From contig JBNJNM010000012.1 of the NCBI GenBank assembly GCA_052426225.1, positions 1,488,001-1,552,000 on the forward strand: 64,000 nucleotides of DNA, written 5' to 3'. Positions 10,735 to 23,212 of this stretch are shown piece by piece. The translations under genes and the position numbers were made by a program. The stretch is from Zancudomyces culisetae HAW-14-8 (taxonomy: Eukaryota; Fungi; Kickxellomycota). Below the pieces are notes generated by a model. That model worked only from the letters and a program-made list of their open reading frames with translations. It did not search any database and was not told where the DNA came from. How positions within the stretch are numbered: position 1 is the stretch's first letter; the number at the start of each line of letters is the position of its first letter.

Positions 10735-11574
10735 CTAGGATTGCGTATACCTCTGAACACTCTGCTGAGGCGCCGGAGGCTGGCTTGACTGACCCGGGCT
10801 ATGCTGAAACGTGGTAACGGGCTGCATTCTGGGTCCCAACCGTCTGGATACATTGGCTCTGGTGTTCTGCTTGGCTTGTGATACTGATTTTCTGAGCTGG
10901 TCTCGTGCTGATATATGCTCGATGATCTTGGCTGGCTCAATAATGAGGTTCTGGTCCTCCTCCCTAAACTTAGGGGTGCTTCCCTGAATTCCCATTGATC
11001 TGAACATGTAATCAATTCTCTGTTGGGTGATGGTAGATGCCACATCACTGACCAAATCTCTGATATTGTTGGCAAAATCAACGGCGTCCTTCCTGCTAAC
11101 AGCTCCATCGCCTTGAATGCACTGGTGGATGAAATAGTCAATCGGTCTAGTAATGCCTGACAGCTTATACTGAAGGTCGTATAATACTGCGTCTTGGCGC
11201 CTAGCCGATTGACTCTGTCCCATATCTGGAAGGCTTGGCGGTGTATATTCCATGCCCTCGTTGCGTGGACACGAGGCATAAAAGGTTCGCCTATCCGTCT
11301 CAGATAGTTGACTTTTAAAAAAGTCTTTATCCATGCTTGTAATAGCATGTCTGAGTTCAGGATAGAGCTTAAGATCGTATGTGGCTGGTCTTTCGACCAC
11401 ATACTGAACCTCGGGGACCATCTCAGCGTCTTCTGAGGCTGGAACCGGTGCCATAGCGATATCCGGGCCTCTTTCGACGCTGGATAATCTGGTTTCCAAT
11501 AATTTAATCTGCTCAGTAAGCTGCAATGCCCATTGTGGTGGCATATCTGTATGGTTTCCTTCATTGTTAGACAT
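10735..11574 (-). CDS. gag: DIRS ORF1 (gag-like)
   Basis: First ORF after the left ITR; 279 aa; assigned by position. Confidence 0.75.
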   Translation of the reverse strand: MSNNEGNHTDMPPQWALQLTEQIKLLETRLSSVERGPDIAMAPVPASEDAEMVPEVQYVVERPATYDLKLYPELRHAITSMDKDFFKSQLSETDRRTFYASCPRNEGMEYTPPSLPDMGQSQSARRQDAVLYDLQYKLSGITRPIDYFIHQCIQGDGAVSRKDAVDFANNIRDLVSDVASTITQQRIDYMFRSMGIQGSTPKFREEDQNLIIEPAKIIEHISARDQLRKSVSQAKQNTRANVSRRLGPRMQPVTTFQHSPGQSSQPPAPQQSVQRYTQS

Positions 11575-11872
11575 ACTATGTAGTTCTACTGCCTGTATAT
11601 TGCTTGGATTTTTTGTAAAAAATACTTTTTTTAAGACCTATATAGAAATGATCAGCAAATTTTTCTGAACAGAATGGTATAGTTTTTATTTTTGACTAAA
11701 TTTTTTTGTTTATTTGTTTATTTTTTGGTTTGATCAATTTCAATGATATATCGTCTATTAAATCGATTTTTAATAGAGTAATTACTTGTAATTGACTTCA
11801 AATTTTTTTCAATTTTTTGTTTGGTTGAGTAACTGCGAAAAAAAAGATGGTGAAGAATTTCAAAATATGTAC

Positions 11873-12059
11873 GATAGTCAGATTGATAAGTAATTGTGAA
11901 AGTTTTTCATGTACAAGATTATATCAATTTTTACTCATTTTATTAGCATAAAATTAGCGAATCAAATTCTATTCTAGTATTTGGTGAGTATTTTCGAAAT
12001 GAAATAAAGAATGCATACACACACACATCAAGCGTATTTTTCCGATTGAAGTACAATTA
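11873..12059 (-). repeat. DIRS left ITR
   Basis: Reverse complement of 1689-1875. Confidence 0.9.
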
Positions 12060-12812
12060 TTGTTTTGTAATTTCTTGGCTCATTAAAAAAACCCAAATTG
12101 TACGGGAAAAAAGAGTACAATTTTTCCAATAATTTTAATATAGAAATTTATCAGAATTGACTTTGACAATTAGTATTTTTTATAATATATAATTAATTAT
12201 GCAACAATATTGTGTTATATAGTAGAAATATATACCTGTATTACCTTGTATTTTATTGGTTAATTTAAAAAGTATTATTTAATGCATTAAATAGATAATT
12301 TTGAATTAATTAATATATGGTCTTTTTCTCCTAAAATAATTATAGTGCTAATATATAATAATAAAAGTCCCGTCCTGTATAATACTGGGTAATTATATTA
12401 CTCAGTAGGACGATAAACACGTAATTATACAACTATTGTGTCGTATAATAAAGAAATTTATATTTATACCTAATGTAAAAACGTTATAATTTGTAACTAA
12501 AGTAAGTATTATCCTTGATAACTAATACCACTTAAAGATTAACTTGTACTCATATATTGAGTGATTAGAATCTAATATTTATTAATGTGAAATAAAAATC
12601 TGAAAAATAAAACTCTCACAAAAACTCTACTAAACCTTAAATTAAAACTAATTGCAATTAAAGGGATTCAATTTTCATTGTTTTTCCTTTACGTAATTTA
12701 ACCAATATAACCTATCTAAAATAACTTTATAAAATTGAACTAAAAAATATACTAAAATAAATAAACTAAACTAAAACATAGTACTATTGTACTATACGAC
12801 AGCACTCCCCCT

Positions 12813-15800
12813 TTAGGCGATAATGCCCTCATTATTTTGAGCCTGTTTAAAGGTAAGTAACTTAGGTCGAAGTCGATTTGAAATTTCGGGAATCATAAAT
12901 TTAGATTCATGGTACTTATTTAGCAAGTCTCCGTTGACTAAATATCTATTTCCGAACTGATCTGAGATTAAGTAAGCCCCCTTAGTAAACCTTTTCATAA
13001 ATGTATATGGGCCTTCCCATAAACTTTCAAGCTTTCCTCTTTCATACTCTACTAACTTTAACACTTTTTCTCCAACTTAAAATTTTGTAAATTTAACGGT
13101 TTTATTATATCTTACTTTTTCAGATTCTTTTGCTGCTACAGCTTTGCGAACCCCGATTTTTCTTATTTGCGGTAAGTTACTCTTCATTAGCTCCAATCTA
13201 CTTTTAACTTGTTCAACTTCATCTTCAATTACACCATTAGATTTCCAAGTCGAGGGAATGCACATTTCGGTTCCGTACATCATCTCGGCGGGTGTATAAC
13301 CAGTACTCTTGCTCTCCATAGTTCTCATGATGAGTAACACCTTCCACAGGTAACGATCCCATTATTTTTGTCTTTCCATATATCTTCTGTAACAATTTTA
13401 CTAACGCCTTGTTCAATCTTTCACACTGTCCGTTGCTCTGCGGACGGTATAAAGTGGTAGGACTGTGGTCCAGCTGTAACCAGTTTAATACCTCGATAGT
13501 AACGTTGCTGACAAAGCTCGAACCCCTATCTGTTATTATCTTCTGTGTTACACCGTAGTAAGTAACGATATTGTTTATTATAAAGTCTACTATAGTTTCA
13601 CTTAACAAGTTTTCTACGGGAATGGCTATCGGCCATTTCGTGCAATAATATATAGCTGTTAGAATATAACGATTTCCTGACTCTGAAATAGGATTGATAG
13701 GACCGATAGCGTCCATACCGAATATTTCGAACGGCTTGACTGCATGCACTGGTACCAACGGGTGTTTACGACTTCTTCCATCCTTGAAAACTTGACAAAC
13801 ATGACACCGCTTAACATAGTCCACTACCTGCTTGTACAGTCCTTTAGTATAATGATTTCTGCTTACTCTTACCCAAGTGTTTTCGATACCCTCGTGTGTA
13901 TCGTCGTGAACCTTCTTGATCATATCTATACTCTCATCAGCCGTCAAAACTTCTTTTAATTGTCCCTTAACCCACCTGTATATTTTGCCATCCACCTGCT
14001 TGTATGACTTAAATTTTTTCTCTATTTTTCCAGCTAACTCTTCTGAAACGTCTTGTGGCAGTGTTCCATCTGATAAAAATTGCCTAACTAAATTTTCTTC
14101 GTTTACCCAAATGTTGTAGACTTCAATTGATTCTTCCTCAGTTGTTTCTATCAGACTACTTCGAGATAAATTGTCTGCAGGATTGACCTTCCCTGGTATA
14201 TGCTCTATATCGAATTCGTAACTTCTAAGAAACATAGCCCATCTAGCTAGCCTTCCACTTAATTCTTCGCTGTCATAACCATAAAATATAATTTAATTCT
14301 AGACCGTTGTGTCTATTTATATTTATTGGTAAGTTTAAATTACGAATTTTAATTAATTTATTCGTAAATATCATCCATGATTTTCTAAGAACATTCTATA
14401 AATTTTATATTACTTAATGATTTTAATGTTAAGTTCCTGTATAGAACATTTTGATTAGTAATCAAGCGATAGAAGCAATAATTTTTATTCAAGTTTCTAA
14501 CTTTTATAAGTATATAAACCCTAGTTTTTTCCTTAAAATTTCTATTCCTTATCTGACAACAATTGTCTTATATAAATAAAATAAATAGTACTAAGCTAAA
14601 TATTCCTAAACCAGTTTTGACATTCGCCGTTAAACATATTTAATAATGCTTTATGATCAGTTTTTATTACAAACTTCCTACCATATAAATAAAACTTAAA
14701 CTTTTTAACGGCCCAGACAACCGCCAACCCCTCCAAGTGACTGATCGAATAATTTTTCTCTGCATTACTGGTTGTTCTACTTGCATACTCCACTGGTCTT
14801 TCTTTTCCTTCAATAACTTGTGATAGTATTGCTCCAACTCCACTAACTGCAGCGTCCGTCGTAACCACAAAAGAATAATCCCAATTTGGGTGCGCAAGCA
14901 CTGGGGCTTCCTTCATCGCTTTTTTCAACTCTAAAAATGCTTCTTCTTGAGATTTTCCCCAGTTCCACATTATTTCTTTCTTTAAAACGCAGTTAGTGGG
15001 TTAGCTATTATTGCATATTTTTCAATATACTTACGATAATAACCTGTCATCCCCAAAAATGACGGAACTTCTTTTATGCCTGTCGGTGACTTTAACTTTA
15101 AAATGGCTTCAATTTTTGTTGAACTAGTTGCAATACCTTCACCCGAAATAACATGACCCAAATAATCAATTTCTGTTAACCCTATTTTGCATTTATCTTT
15201 ATGCAACTGTATCTGGCCTTGTTTTAATAATTCTAAAACTTCCTTAAGATCTTCTACATGACTGCTTGCACTTTTTGAAAAGACGATTATGTCGTCAACA
15301 AAAACAACTGCCTTCTTCCATAGAACTTTTTTCAACACAGTTTCCATTGTTCTTTGGAAAGTGGAAGGGCTATTTGTCAAACCGAAAGGCATGACGTTAT
15401 AGTGGTAACTCCCCCCTCCCGGCAACGCGAATGACGTCTTTTCTCGGTCTTCTTCTGACATTTTTATTTGCCAAAAGCCGCTGAGTGCATCTAAAGTAGT
15501 AAAGATGCACGCACCAGCCAAGGCCATAAACAAATCCTGAATAATCGGTAGTGGGTATGAATCTTTGACTGTAACTGCGTTTAACTTCCTATAATCTGCG
15601 CAGATGCGCAGTTTACCGTTTTTCTTCTGGACAACCATCACCGACGAGCACCACTCGGAGTTACTAGGTGCAATTACATTTTGCTCTAACATCCTATCTA
15701 TTTCTTTTCCTACTTCTTATTGTAGACGAAACGGTATCCTGTACGGTCTTTGCTTAATTGGCCTGATATCCGTGAGTACTATCCTGTGCTCGGCTACATT

Positions 15801-16715
15801 TGTTTGCTTTAACTTGTCAATATCATCTACAAATAATTCGTTATAGTCCTGGACTAAGGCCTCTAAACCTGCTACACCATCACCTTGTATTCCTGTTGGT
15901 GATTCCGTGAAAAAATATAAATCCCAGGTTTCCTCTACAGTATGTGCTTCTTTGGTAGTAACTAGTGGTGTTACCACTTCTGCTCTATCCACAGGTAATC
16001 TTAGTTCTGGCACTGCTAGATTTAGACTGGCATTATGTTTTAAAAGCCAATCCATACCTAATATTATTGTTGGTGACATATTTCCCAACACCACCAATGA
16101 TGCTACGAACTCAATTTTACTAATCATAATTGGTACACCTGACACCACACCTATAGTTTCATGACGTTTCCCGTCCGCTGTTATAATAACGTGCGAACTC
16201 TTCATGTTAGGCTCCAAACCAATTTTGTTCAAAGCACCTGTAGTAATCACAGAGCATGCCGCCCCTGTGTCTACCACCGCTTTCCACTGTAACTGGTAAA
16301 TCTCAACCGTCATACTACAGTTTGTAGTAGCTTTTTCCTGGATTCTTATCTCGTTTAGGGCGGTCTGCGGTGAAACTTCAACTATGTTTTTCCAATCCTG
16401 TGCAATTTTTTCCGAATTTTGAAGTAATTGAATCATGCTAAATTTTGGATAGACTTTCTCCAACTCTTCCCTCAAATTGAACTTTTTCACTCTATCAATC
16501 GTTCCTGACTCCGGTTGGGTGACTCTCTCCGCCCGAAGCTCCTGTGCGTCCATGTCTCCCGTATTTCTGATCTTAGCTGGTCTTCCAACTCGACCAGCCG
16601 CATCCGTTGCTTTTCTTTTTTCTACCATAAGTACTTCGTCTACTTCAGTAGGTTCGTACCTATGGATAAAAAATTGACTTTCTTTTCCTCGTGCTCCTTT
16701 TGAAACCGTGGACAT
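12813..16715 (-). pseudogene. pol: pol of element E (stops, frameshifts, solo-LTR insertion)
   Basis: VDTGA protease, FVDD RT, TTDA RNase H, integrase ending in a WEGPY module with no chromodomain. Confidence 0.9.
14271..14622 (+). repeat. Solo LTR of the element A family inserted in RNase H of element E
   Basis: Reverse complement of the element A LTR with substitutions; TSD TTCGC. Confidence 0.95.
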
Positions 16716-17459
16716 TCAAACTTCCGGTGACCTTTCTCATGACAATAATAACACTCCATGTGCTTGCACGTTCCACCTTTGCATGACTTCCCCACTTTTT
16801 AGTTGAAGCAACCGTTTGATCTAACTTTTCCAAGAGGCTGACACTAAGCTCTTGAAAGGTTTTGAGAAGCTCTCCAAACTGCCCAGCTTCCGTAGTCAAT
16901 TCTTTTACCGTCTTGCCTGACCGGGTAGCAGCGTTCTTAGTAGTTGGCTTACTACTCTTAATTGCTGCCTGTATATCCCTCCTACCATTTGTACTTTGTT
17001 CCAATTTAGCCACTAACTTAAGCACCGCTTCTCTATCTAAACCTTCCTTATCTGAAAGTCTTTCCCTAATATCATCTGAGAACGTACTAACCAGTGAACC
17101 AAGTTTAGTCACCTCTTCCTTGATTCCTACTTGTTTCCATAACTTTTCCAATTCCATTTCTAGCTCCTCCAGATTTTCAAACTCTGCTCTTTTGATTGTT
17201 CCAAGTCTGGTTCATGCTCCACTGGTAGAAAACACTTTACTATATTTTTTTTTGAACTCCTTAGTATATATTTTTCACGATGTGAAACTAATCTTGTTCC
17301 TCTTATACTAATTGTTTCAGACTTGCCTAGCCTCAACTTAACTAACCCGACCCAATCCCCAGGGTCCCACTTGTTAATCTTCGCAATTAGTTGAAAGTCC
17401 TCAAGCCAGTCCTCATCGTTTATTCCTTTCACACTTTCGAATATAGTGACTTTGTCCAT
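16660..17459 (-). pseudogene. gag: gag of element E (frameshifted)
   Basis: Lies after the PBS; WLEDF...NKW gag-like N-terminus; broken into ORFs 17160-17459 and 16660-17157. Confidence 0.75.
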
Positions 17460-17480
17460 GATTCAATTAGTATCGATGTA

Positions 17481-17500
17481 GATTCCGACAGAAGGCAACA
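17481..17500 (-). promoter_or_regulatory. Primer-binding site complementary to a tRNA 3' end
   Basis: TGTTGCCTTCTGTCGGAATC is one substitution away from TGGTGCC...; its complement reads like T-arm plus acceptor (GATTCCGAC AGAAGGC ACCA). Confidence 0.65.
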
Positions 17501-17869
17501 CTGTCGTATAATAAAGAAATTTTATTTATACCTAATGTAAAAACGTTATAATTTGTAACTCAAGTAAGTATTATCCTTGATAACTAATACCACTTAAAGA
17601 TTAACTTGTACTGATATATTGAGTGATTAGAATCTTATATTTATTAATGTAAACCAAAAATCTGATAAATAAAACTCTTATAAAAACTCTACCAAACCTT
17701 TAGTATAATCTAATTACGATTAAAGGGATTCAATTAATTTTGATTTTTTTTTACTAATTTTAACCAATAAAACCTATCTAAAAGTAGCTTAATAAAATTG
17801 AACTAAAAAATATACTTAATAAACATAACTAAACTAAAACATAGTACAATTGTACTATACGACAATGTT

Positions 17870-18130
17870 TGTTAGATTCAATTTATTAGAATTCTAACTG
17901 GTTCAACTAGAGGGGTGGTATCACTAGACTGGGTATTTCTCATTTAACTAGTTTTTTCTTTCTTTTTATACATTTAAATGGAACCAGTACATTTATATGG
18001 GTCAAAATTTGAAATTTAGTTAAGATTCAAATTAACAATTTCTTATATACTAAATTTTACTAGGAAATCTAATAAAAATAATAACTATAAAATTACTCAA
18101 AGTATGAAAAGGTTCATATTGCATACAACA
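17870..18130. repeat. Solo LTR-like unit, family U3
   Basis: Homologous to 193-456 and 53147-53408. Confidence 0.7.
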
Positions 18131-19230
18131 GTCTAATTGTATTAGTTTTTATAGTATATGTATGGTCACTTTTATCCATTGGGTTTTCCCCTATACTTTT
18201 GCTTAATACTTAGTATAATTATCGTTTAATTTTATTAACGCATTTATACGTTGCAAAATAAATAATGTAATTTATCAATCGGATTATTACACCAAAACCA
18301 CGAGTGTTTAACACAGGTAACGATGTGTTTTGAGTGAACAGTTAACACGTTAAGAAATAAAGGGGTAGACAAGATAAACAACGCATCAATTAATAATAAT
18401 TTTTGAACAACAGATGAAATTGTTAATGATTTCAAAACAATGTTGACATACAGAAAAAATATTAAACCTGATCTTTACAAATCTTTTAAATATTAGTATC
18501 ATAATTTTTAAAACATCTTATTTCTTTGTAAAATAATATAACTTAAATAAATAAATGTTAACTAGTATATAAAGCAAATAATAATATAGTTGTGTTGTAG
18601 AAATATAAAACTCTAATGTTTGTTTATTGTATATCTATTTTATTAGTATAATTGTGTATTTTTTTTTTGATTAATCTAATATATCTTAAATTATATTAAT
18701 TATATAATAATTACTATACCTATATTAATTAGGGCATTCTCCTATACCCTGAAATATCTCGATAATACAACTAAATGTTATTTTACTTAATGACTAGAAA
18801 TATTGATTTATAAATCCCTCAAGGGGAACAATGTACAATCTTAGTTAACTAAACTAATATTAATAAAACTCAATAATTAAACTACACATTACTATCGTCG
18901 TATTCATATACGACGATTGTGTTGAATAATTACATGTTTAACGTCCTACTGAGTATTAATATTTCTTAGTTACATACAGGACGGACTTTATAATTTGTTA
19001 TTAGGGCTTTATTATTGTGAAGAAAATAAATTATATATTATTTTTAACTAGACTATTTATAGCAAAAAATATTACGATTAAAATTTACCAATAAAACTCA
19101 TGGGAATACAAGTTTATAATTCCAATATATAATACAATTGTCGCAAATATGCTGCCAATATCTATTCTTACTCAAACATACGTGTGGTTGATTAAATTTT
19201 AGCTAGGCTACTAAATGTATATTTAAACTA

Positions 19231-20796
19231 CAGTGAGTTTCAAAAATGTCTCAAAATAATGATAATAATTTTCAAAGTGTAATATCTCGCTCAATAAAAT
19301 CCAGAAATTAGAAAATTATATATAATATAATGCACAATTGGTATAATTTAATTTTATATAATTAGTATTATTATTGGTTAAAAATTCATTATAAAATTAT
19401 AAACTGAAAAAATTTTAAAAATGAGACAATTTTGGGAATTTTTCAAAAAAAAACTTTAAAATTCTGTCCACCTTCCTTTAGACTTGATAACTGCCTCAAC
19501 TCTTTTAAGCATACTATCTATAAGACCAAGTATAGTTTCCACTGATATTATATTCCATTCCGTTTCTATTCGCTCCCATAATTCGATCATCCCGGACGGA
19601 GGTTTACTGTATCTATTTAGGCGTCTTTTGATGATTGCCCATATAGTTTCGAACGGGTTTAAGTCTGGAGATTGTGGCGGCCAGTCCAATGTATTATATT
19701 CCTGGTTTTCAAGCCAGCTGGTAACTAACTTTGCGGTATGTTTAGGATCATTGTCATGTTGAAATATTATTGACTTGGGATCCAACTTGTAGTACTTTAT
19801 TGTATTGCTAAGCTTGTCTTTTAAAATGTTTAAATAATCTTCCTTGTTGTACGTTCCTTCTATTCGGCACATGTAGCCAGTTCCAGATGCTGTGATGCAT
19901 CCCCAAATCATTAATGATCCTCCACCGTGTTTTACGGTCTGGTTAATATTGTGCGGCTGTAGACTCACACCATCACGAACCCAAGTCCATTCATTTCCAT
20001 CAGATCCAAATCAATTGATTCTAGTTTCGTCGGACCAAATTACTCTCCTCCAATCATCAGTAGTCCAGTGGCGATGAGATTTTGCGAATCTCAACCTTTT
20101 TGCAATATTTTTAAGGCTGAGTTTCGGTTTGGAGGCCTTCTTTTTTGCAACAGCTTTTAGTTCATTAAAAGCCCTATATATTGTAGAATTTACTAGCACT
20201 AACGATATTATCCATTTCTAACTTCTTTTGTATCGAAGTAGCAGATCGATACACTCCAGATAATATCATCCTAGTACACATTCGCATGTTTTGGTGTGGA
20301 AGCTTCGCTGGACGACCGTGTTTATTAGCCGGTAAATTGATATTCATTGCTGCTTTTATTCTGTATATTGTTGCTTTACTAACTCTATTTTCTATAATGA
20401 TTTGGTCAATGCTTCTGCCTTTAAGTAACGCGTTTTTAATATCCAGTTTACGTTGTTCAGATATCATTTTTTAAAAAATTATTATTTTGATTAGTATAAC
20501 AATTATATATATATTATATGTAAAAGTTTAAAAATTTAAAGTTTGAATTCATAAAGTTATGATTGTTTAAATTTTTTTTTTGAAAAATTCCCAAATATGT
20601 CTCATTTTTAAAAAATTTTCAATTTATAATTTCATAATGAATTTTTATATAATTAAATTACAGTTATTATAAAATTAACATTTAACATTTGTGCATTTTA
20701 TAATATAAAAAACATATAATTTCTGGATATTATTGAGCGAGATATTACACTTTGAATATTATTTTCAATATTTTGATACATTTTTGAAACTCACTG
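19231..20796 (-). mobile_element. Tc1-family DNA transposon (DD34E), copy 1, defective
   Basis: TA|CAGTGAG...CTCACTG|TA; ~220-bp IR/DR-type TIRs; WSDE, FQHDND and SPDLNPFE motifs. Confidence 0.95.
19456..20467 (-). pseudogene. Tc1 transposase (frameshift ~20190, TGA at 20011)
   Basis: HTH N-terminus plus DD34E domain split over three ORFs. Confidence 0.92.
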
Positions 20797-21012
20797 TATT
20801 ATATTTATAATTTAATGTTTTATATCTTATTCTTTATAGATATATTTACATCTTAATAAAGTCTTAACTTAATCCTAAAACTGTAAATTATATTTTTACC
20901 TAGATAAAAGTATAGCTTTAAAACTGTACAATAACGTATAAAAACCACTAAGGAATAAAAACTACTATTATTGTACAACATTCTAAACATTGGTTGTCTC
21001 GCACGACACAAC

Positions 21013-21932
21013 TGTTAAATGCAAAAGCGTCAACTTAAATTTACCGCTTTCATTGCAGCAAAATAGCAGAGTAATATTTTTGAAAAAATTGTTTCCTGCG
21101 CAATTCAATTTAGAGTACAAAAATTATGACCATGTCATAAATTTTTGTCAGTTTTATAGCCAATTTAATAGTACAAATCGATTTATATTTTAGTCGAATC
21201 GATTTTATACTTTATTAGTGGATTTATTTTTAATCAATTTTATTAGTAAATTATTAGTATAAATTGAAAAATTTGTAAATCCGACCATAACTACACTAAA
21301 AGTAAAAATAAACATTTATAGAGAGGCGTAATACTATTTTTTTAGTGTAAGGAAAGGGCCATTTTGGCTATATTTTCCAGGTTTTGGGAGGAATTCTTTC
21401 AAATAAAATTATATTTAATATTAATTGTGGAAATTGTCAGTTGTGTTCTTCCGCGGAAGATTATAGATATTGGTTTACTGGCTAGAAATGGTAAATCCTG
21501 TGTCAGTAATAACCACCCTTCTAGGGAACCGTGATTGATATTAGTGGAAGTTTTTTGGGAAAATACTATTGGACTAGTACTAAAAAATGAAAACGAATTC
21601 AACAAACATGTAGTGATTTTATATTAAACTACTTGATGATTTTTTATTAAGATATTCTGATATGATTTTTATACTCATAGGTAGAAAAATGTACTTGGAT
21701 TAACTTTCCACGTTGATTGTTTACAACTTGATGTAGCTATTAACTGCTATGAAAGACAATTGCAATCATGTACTTATGATATTGTTGCAATTCTTAACTA
21801 AATAATCAGTAGGTGTATGCCTCTTATTGTTTAAATACTATAAATCGACTGATAAAACTAATAAACGTTGTATGTGGAAAAACCCATTGGGAAAAAGTGC
21901 TCATACAATAAGGTGCTACTAATTATACGACA
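21013..21932. repeat. LTR-like unit U4 (920 bp)
   Basis: TGT...CGACA termini; reverse complement of 53412-54331. Confidence 0.6.
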
Positions 21933-21935
21933 TAC

Positions 21936-22197
21936 TGTTGTATGCAATATGAACCTTTGCATACTATGAGTTAATTTTATAGTTATTATTTTTATTAGTT
22001 TTTCTAGTATAATTTAGTATTTAAGAAATTATTATTTTGAATCTTAAATAAATTGTCAATTTTTGACCCATATAAATGTTCCGGTTACATTTATATGTAT
22101 GACTAGAAAGTGGCACTAGTTAAAATGGTTAAACCCAGTCTCTTGATACCACCCCTCTAGTTGAACCAGTTAGAATTCTAATAAATTGAATCTAACA
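21936..22197. repeat. Solo LTR-like unit U3 (reverse)
   Basis: Reverse complement of 53147-53408. Confidence 0.7.
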
Positions 22198-22202
22198 AAC
22201 AT

Positions 22203-22436
22203 TGTCGTATAGTAAACTATACTGAAGAGTTGTCCCAATTTTATTGGTTAGTTTAATAGATGTATTTTATAGAAATAGTATAAATATGTTTATTGTGAAT
22301 TAATTAATAAATTGTACTTTTCCACAGGTAAATAATAGTAATATACATTTATATATTATTATAAATGACTCGTCCCGTGTGGTACTTGGTAGCGAAAGTT
22401 ACCAATTATATATATAATGATTTTCACTACACAACA
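22203..22436. repeat. Solo LTR unit U2 (234 bp)
   Basis: TGTCGTATAG...CTACACAACA; reverse complement of 52908-53141. Confidence 0.7.
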
Positions 22437-22444
22437 TTAATATC

Positions 22445-23209
22445 TGTCGCATATTGTGAAGTATCACTACTTCCATTAGCGCTACCATCACGTGTTATAC
22501 CGGTTCTGGTACGATCACTGATGGTTGATGCACTTCTATTGCGTAATGCAATGTGCATCGAGGGGTGCTCGGGTGAGCTAATACCCCTGTACAGTGAGGT
22601 GAAATTGTACTCACCGACATTTCTTCCGGGCTCCTACGGATCTGGAGTTGACGGACACTTTCTGTCAACTCACCAAGGGTGCGGGGACTTAATACCCCTG
22701 CATCCTGATCCATGCTGCTGCCCCTGCTCATGCTGGTAGAAGTGTGTGACTCCCTCCTGGAGTCACATTCGGTTCCAATCCAACTGTTTAAAAACATTAT
22801 TGCTAATTTATCTTTTGGTTTATATTTGATTTTATTTAATTATTTTATTATAGTATTCCGTATCGAGACATGGATGATGTTTTCATATGTCATCCATACG
22901 TCTCCTTAAATATACTATTCGAATGTTAAACCACTATATAAAACTAAATACTAAAATATGACTATTGTTATAATATTATTAATAATTTGTTTGTTATTAA
23001 TGATAAATGTAAAATGCATGGGATCATTTTACATTTTACATTCATCATTATTGAACTAGCTCAGTATGAAAAATTGATTGCATACTGAGCTCGAAATTAT
23101 TTGAATTTATTTAAAAAAAGTAAACAAAAATGAATTTGCATTTTCGCACTGAGTGTACCATTTTCAGGCACATCCACGTGCTATTGTACAAATTGTTAAT
23201 AATGCGACA
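22445..23209 (-). repeat. Solo LTR, family U6, inserted 3 bp upstream of tRNA-Tyr
   Basis: TGTCGCA...TGCGACA; 4-bp TSD TATC; absent from the other repeat arm; second copy at 55121-55884. Confidence 0.88.
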
Positions 23210-23212
23210 TAT

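Larger units (their letters stand above)
1651..12059 (-). mobile_element. DIRS-1-type tyrosine-recombinase retrotransposon (YR gene disrupted)
   Basis: Inverted terminal repeats 11873-12059 and 1689-1875, right extension 1651-1688, ICR ~2163-2260 matching both ends; gag, RT-RH-MT and YR ORFs; AATTA at both termini and at the ICR junction. Confidence 0.93.
12439..17864 (-). mobile_element. Decayed Ty3/Gypsy element without chromodomain (element E), tRNA-primed
   Basis: Diverged 363-bp LTRs TGTCG...CGACA at 12439-12801 and 17502-17864; PPT at 12802-12815; tRNA-type PBS at 17481-17500; fragmented gag, PR, RT, RH and IN. Confidence 0.9.

Noticed and set aside
12434-12438. TSD for element E
   Set aside because: Flanks TATTG and ATGTT do not match; possibly obscured by adjacent insertions or recombination
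21399-21605. Duplicated small ORFs (68 aa here and at 53739; 63 aa at 24862 and 50368)
   Set aside because: Identical only because they lie in the inverted repeat; non-ATG starts, AT-rich, no coding signal
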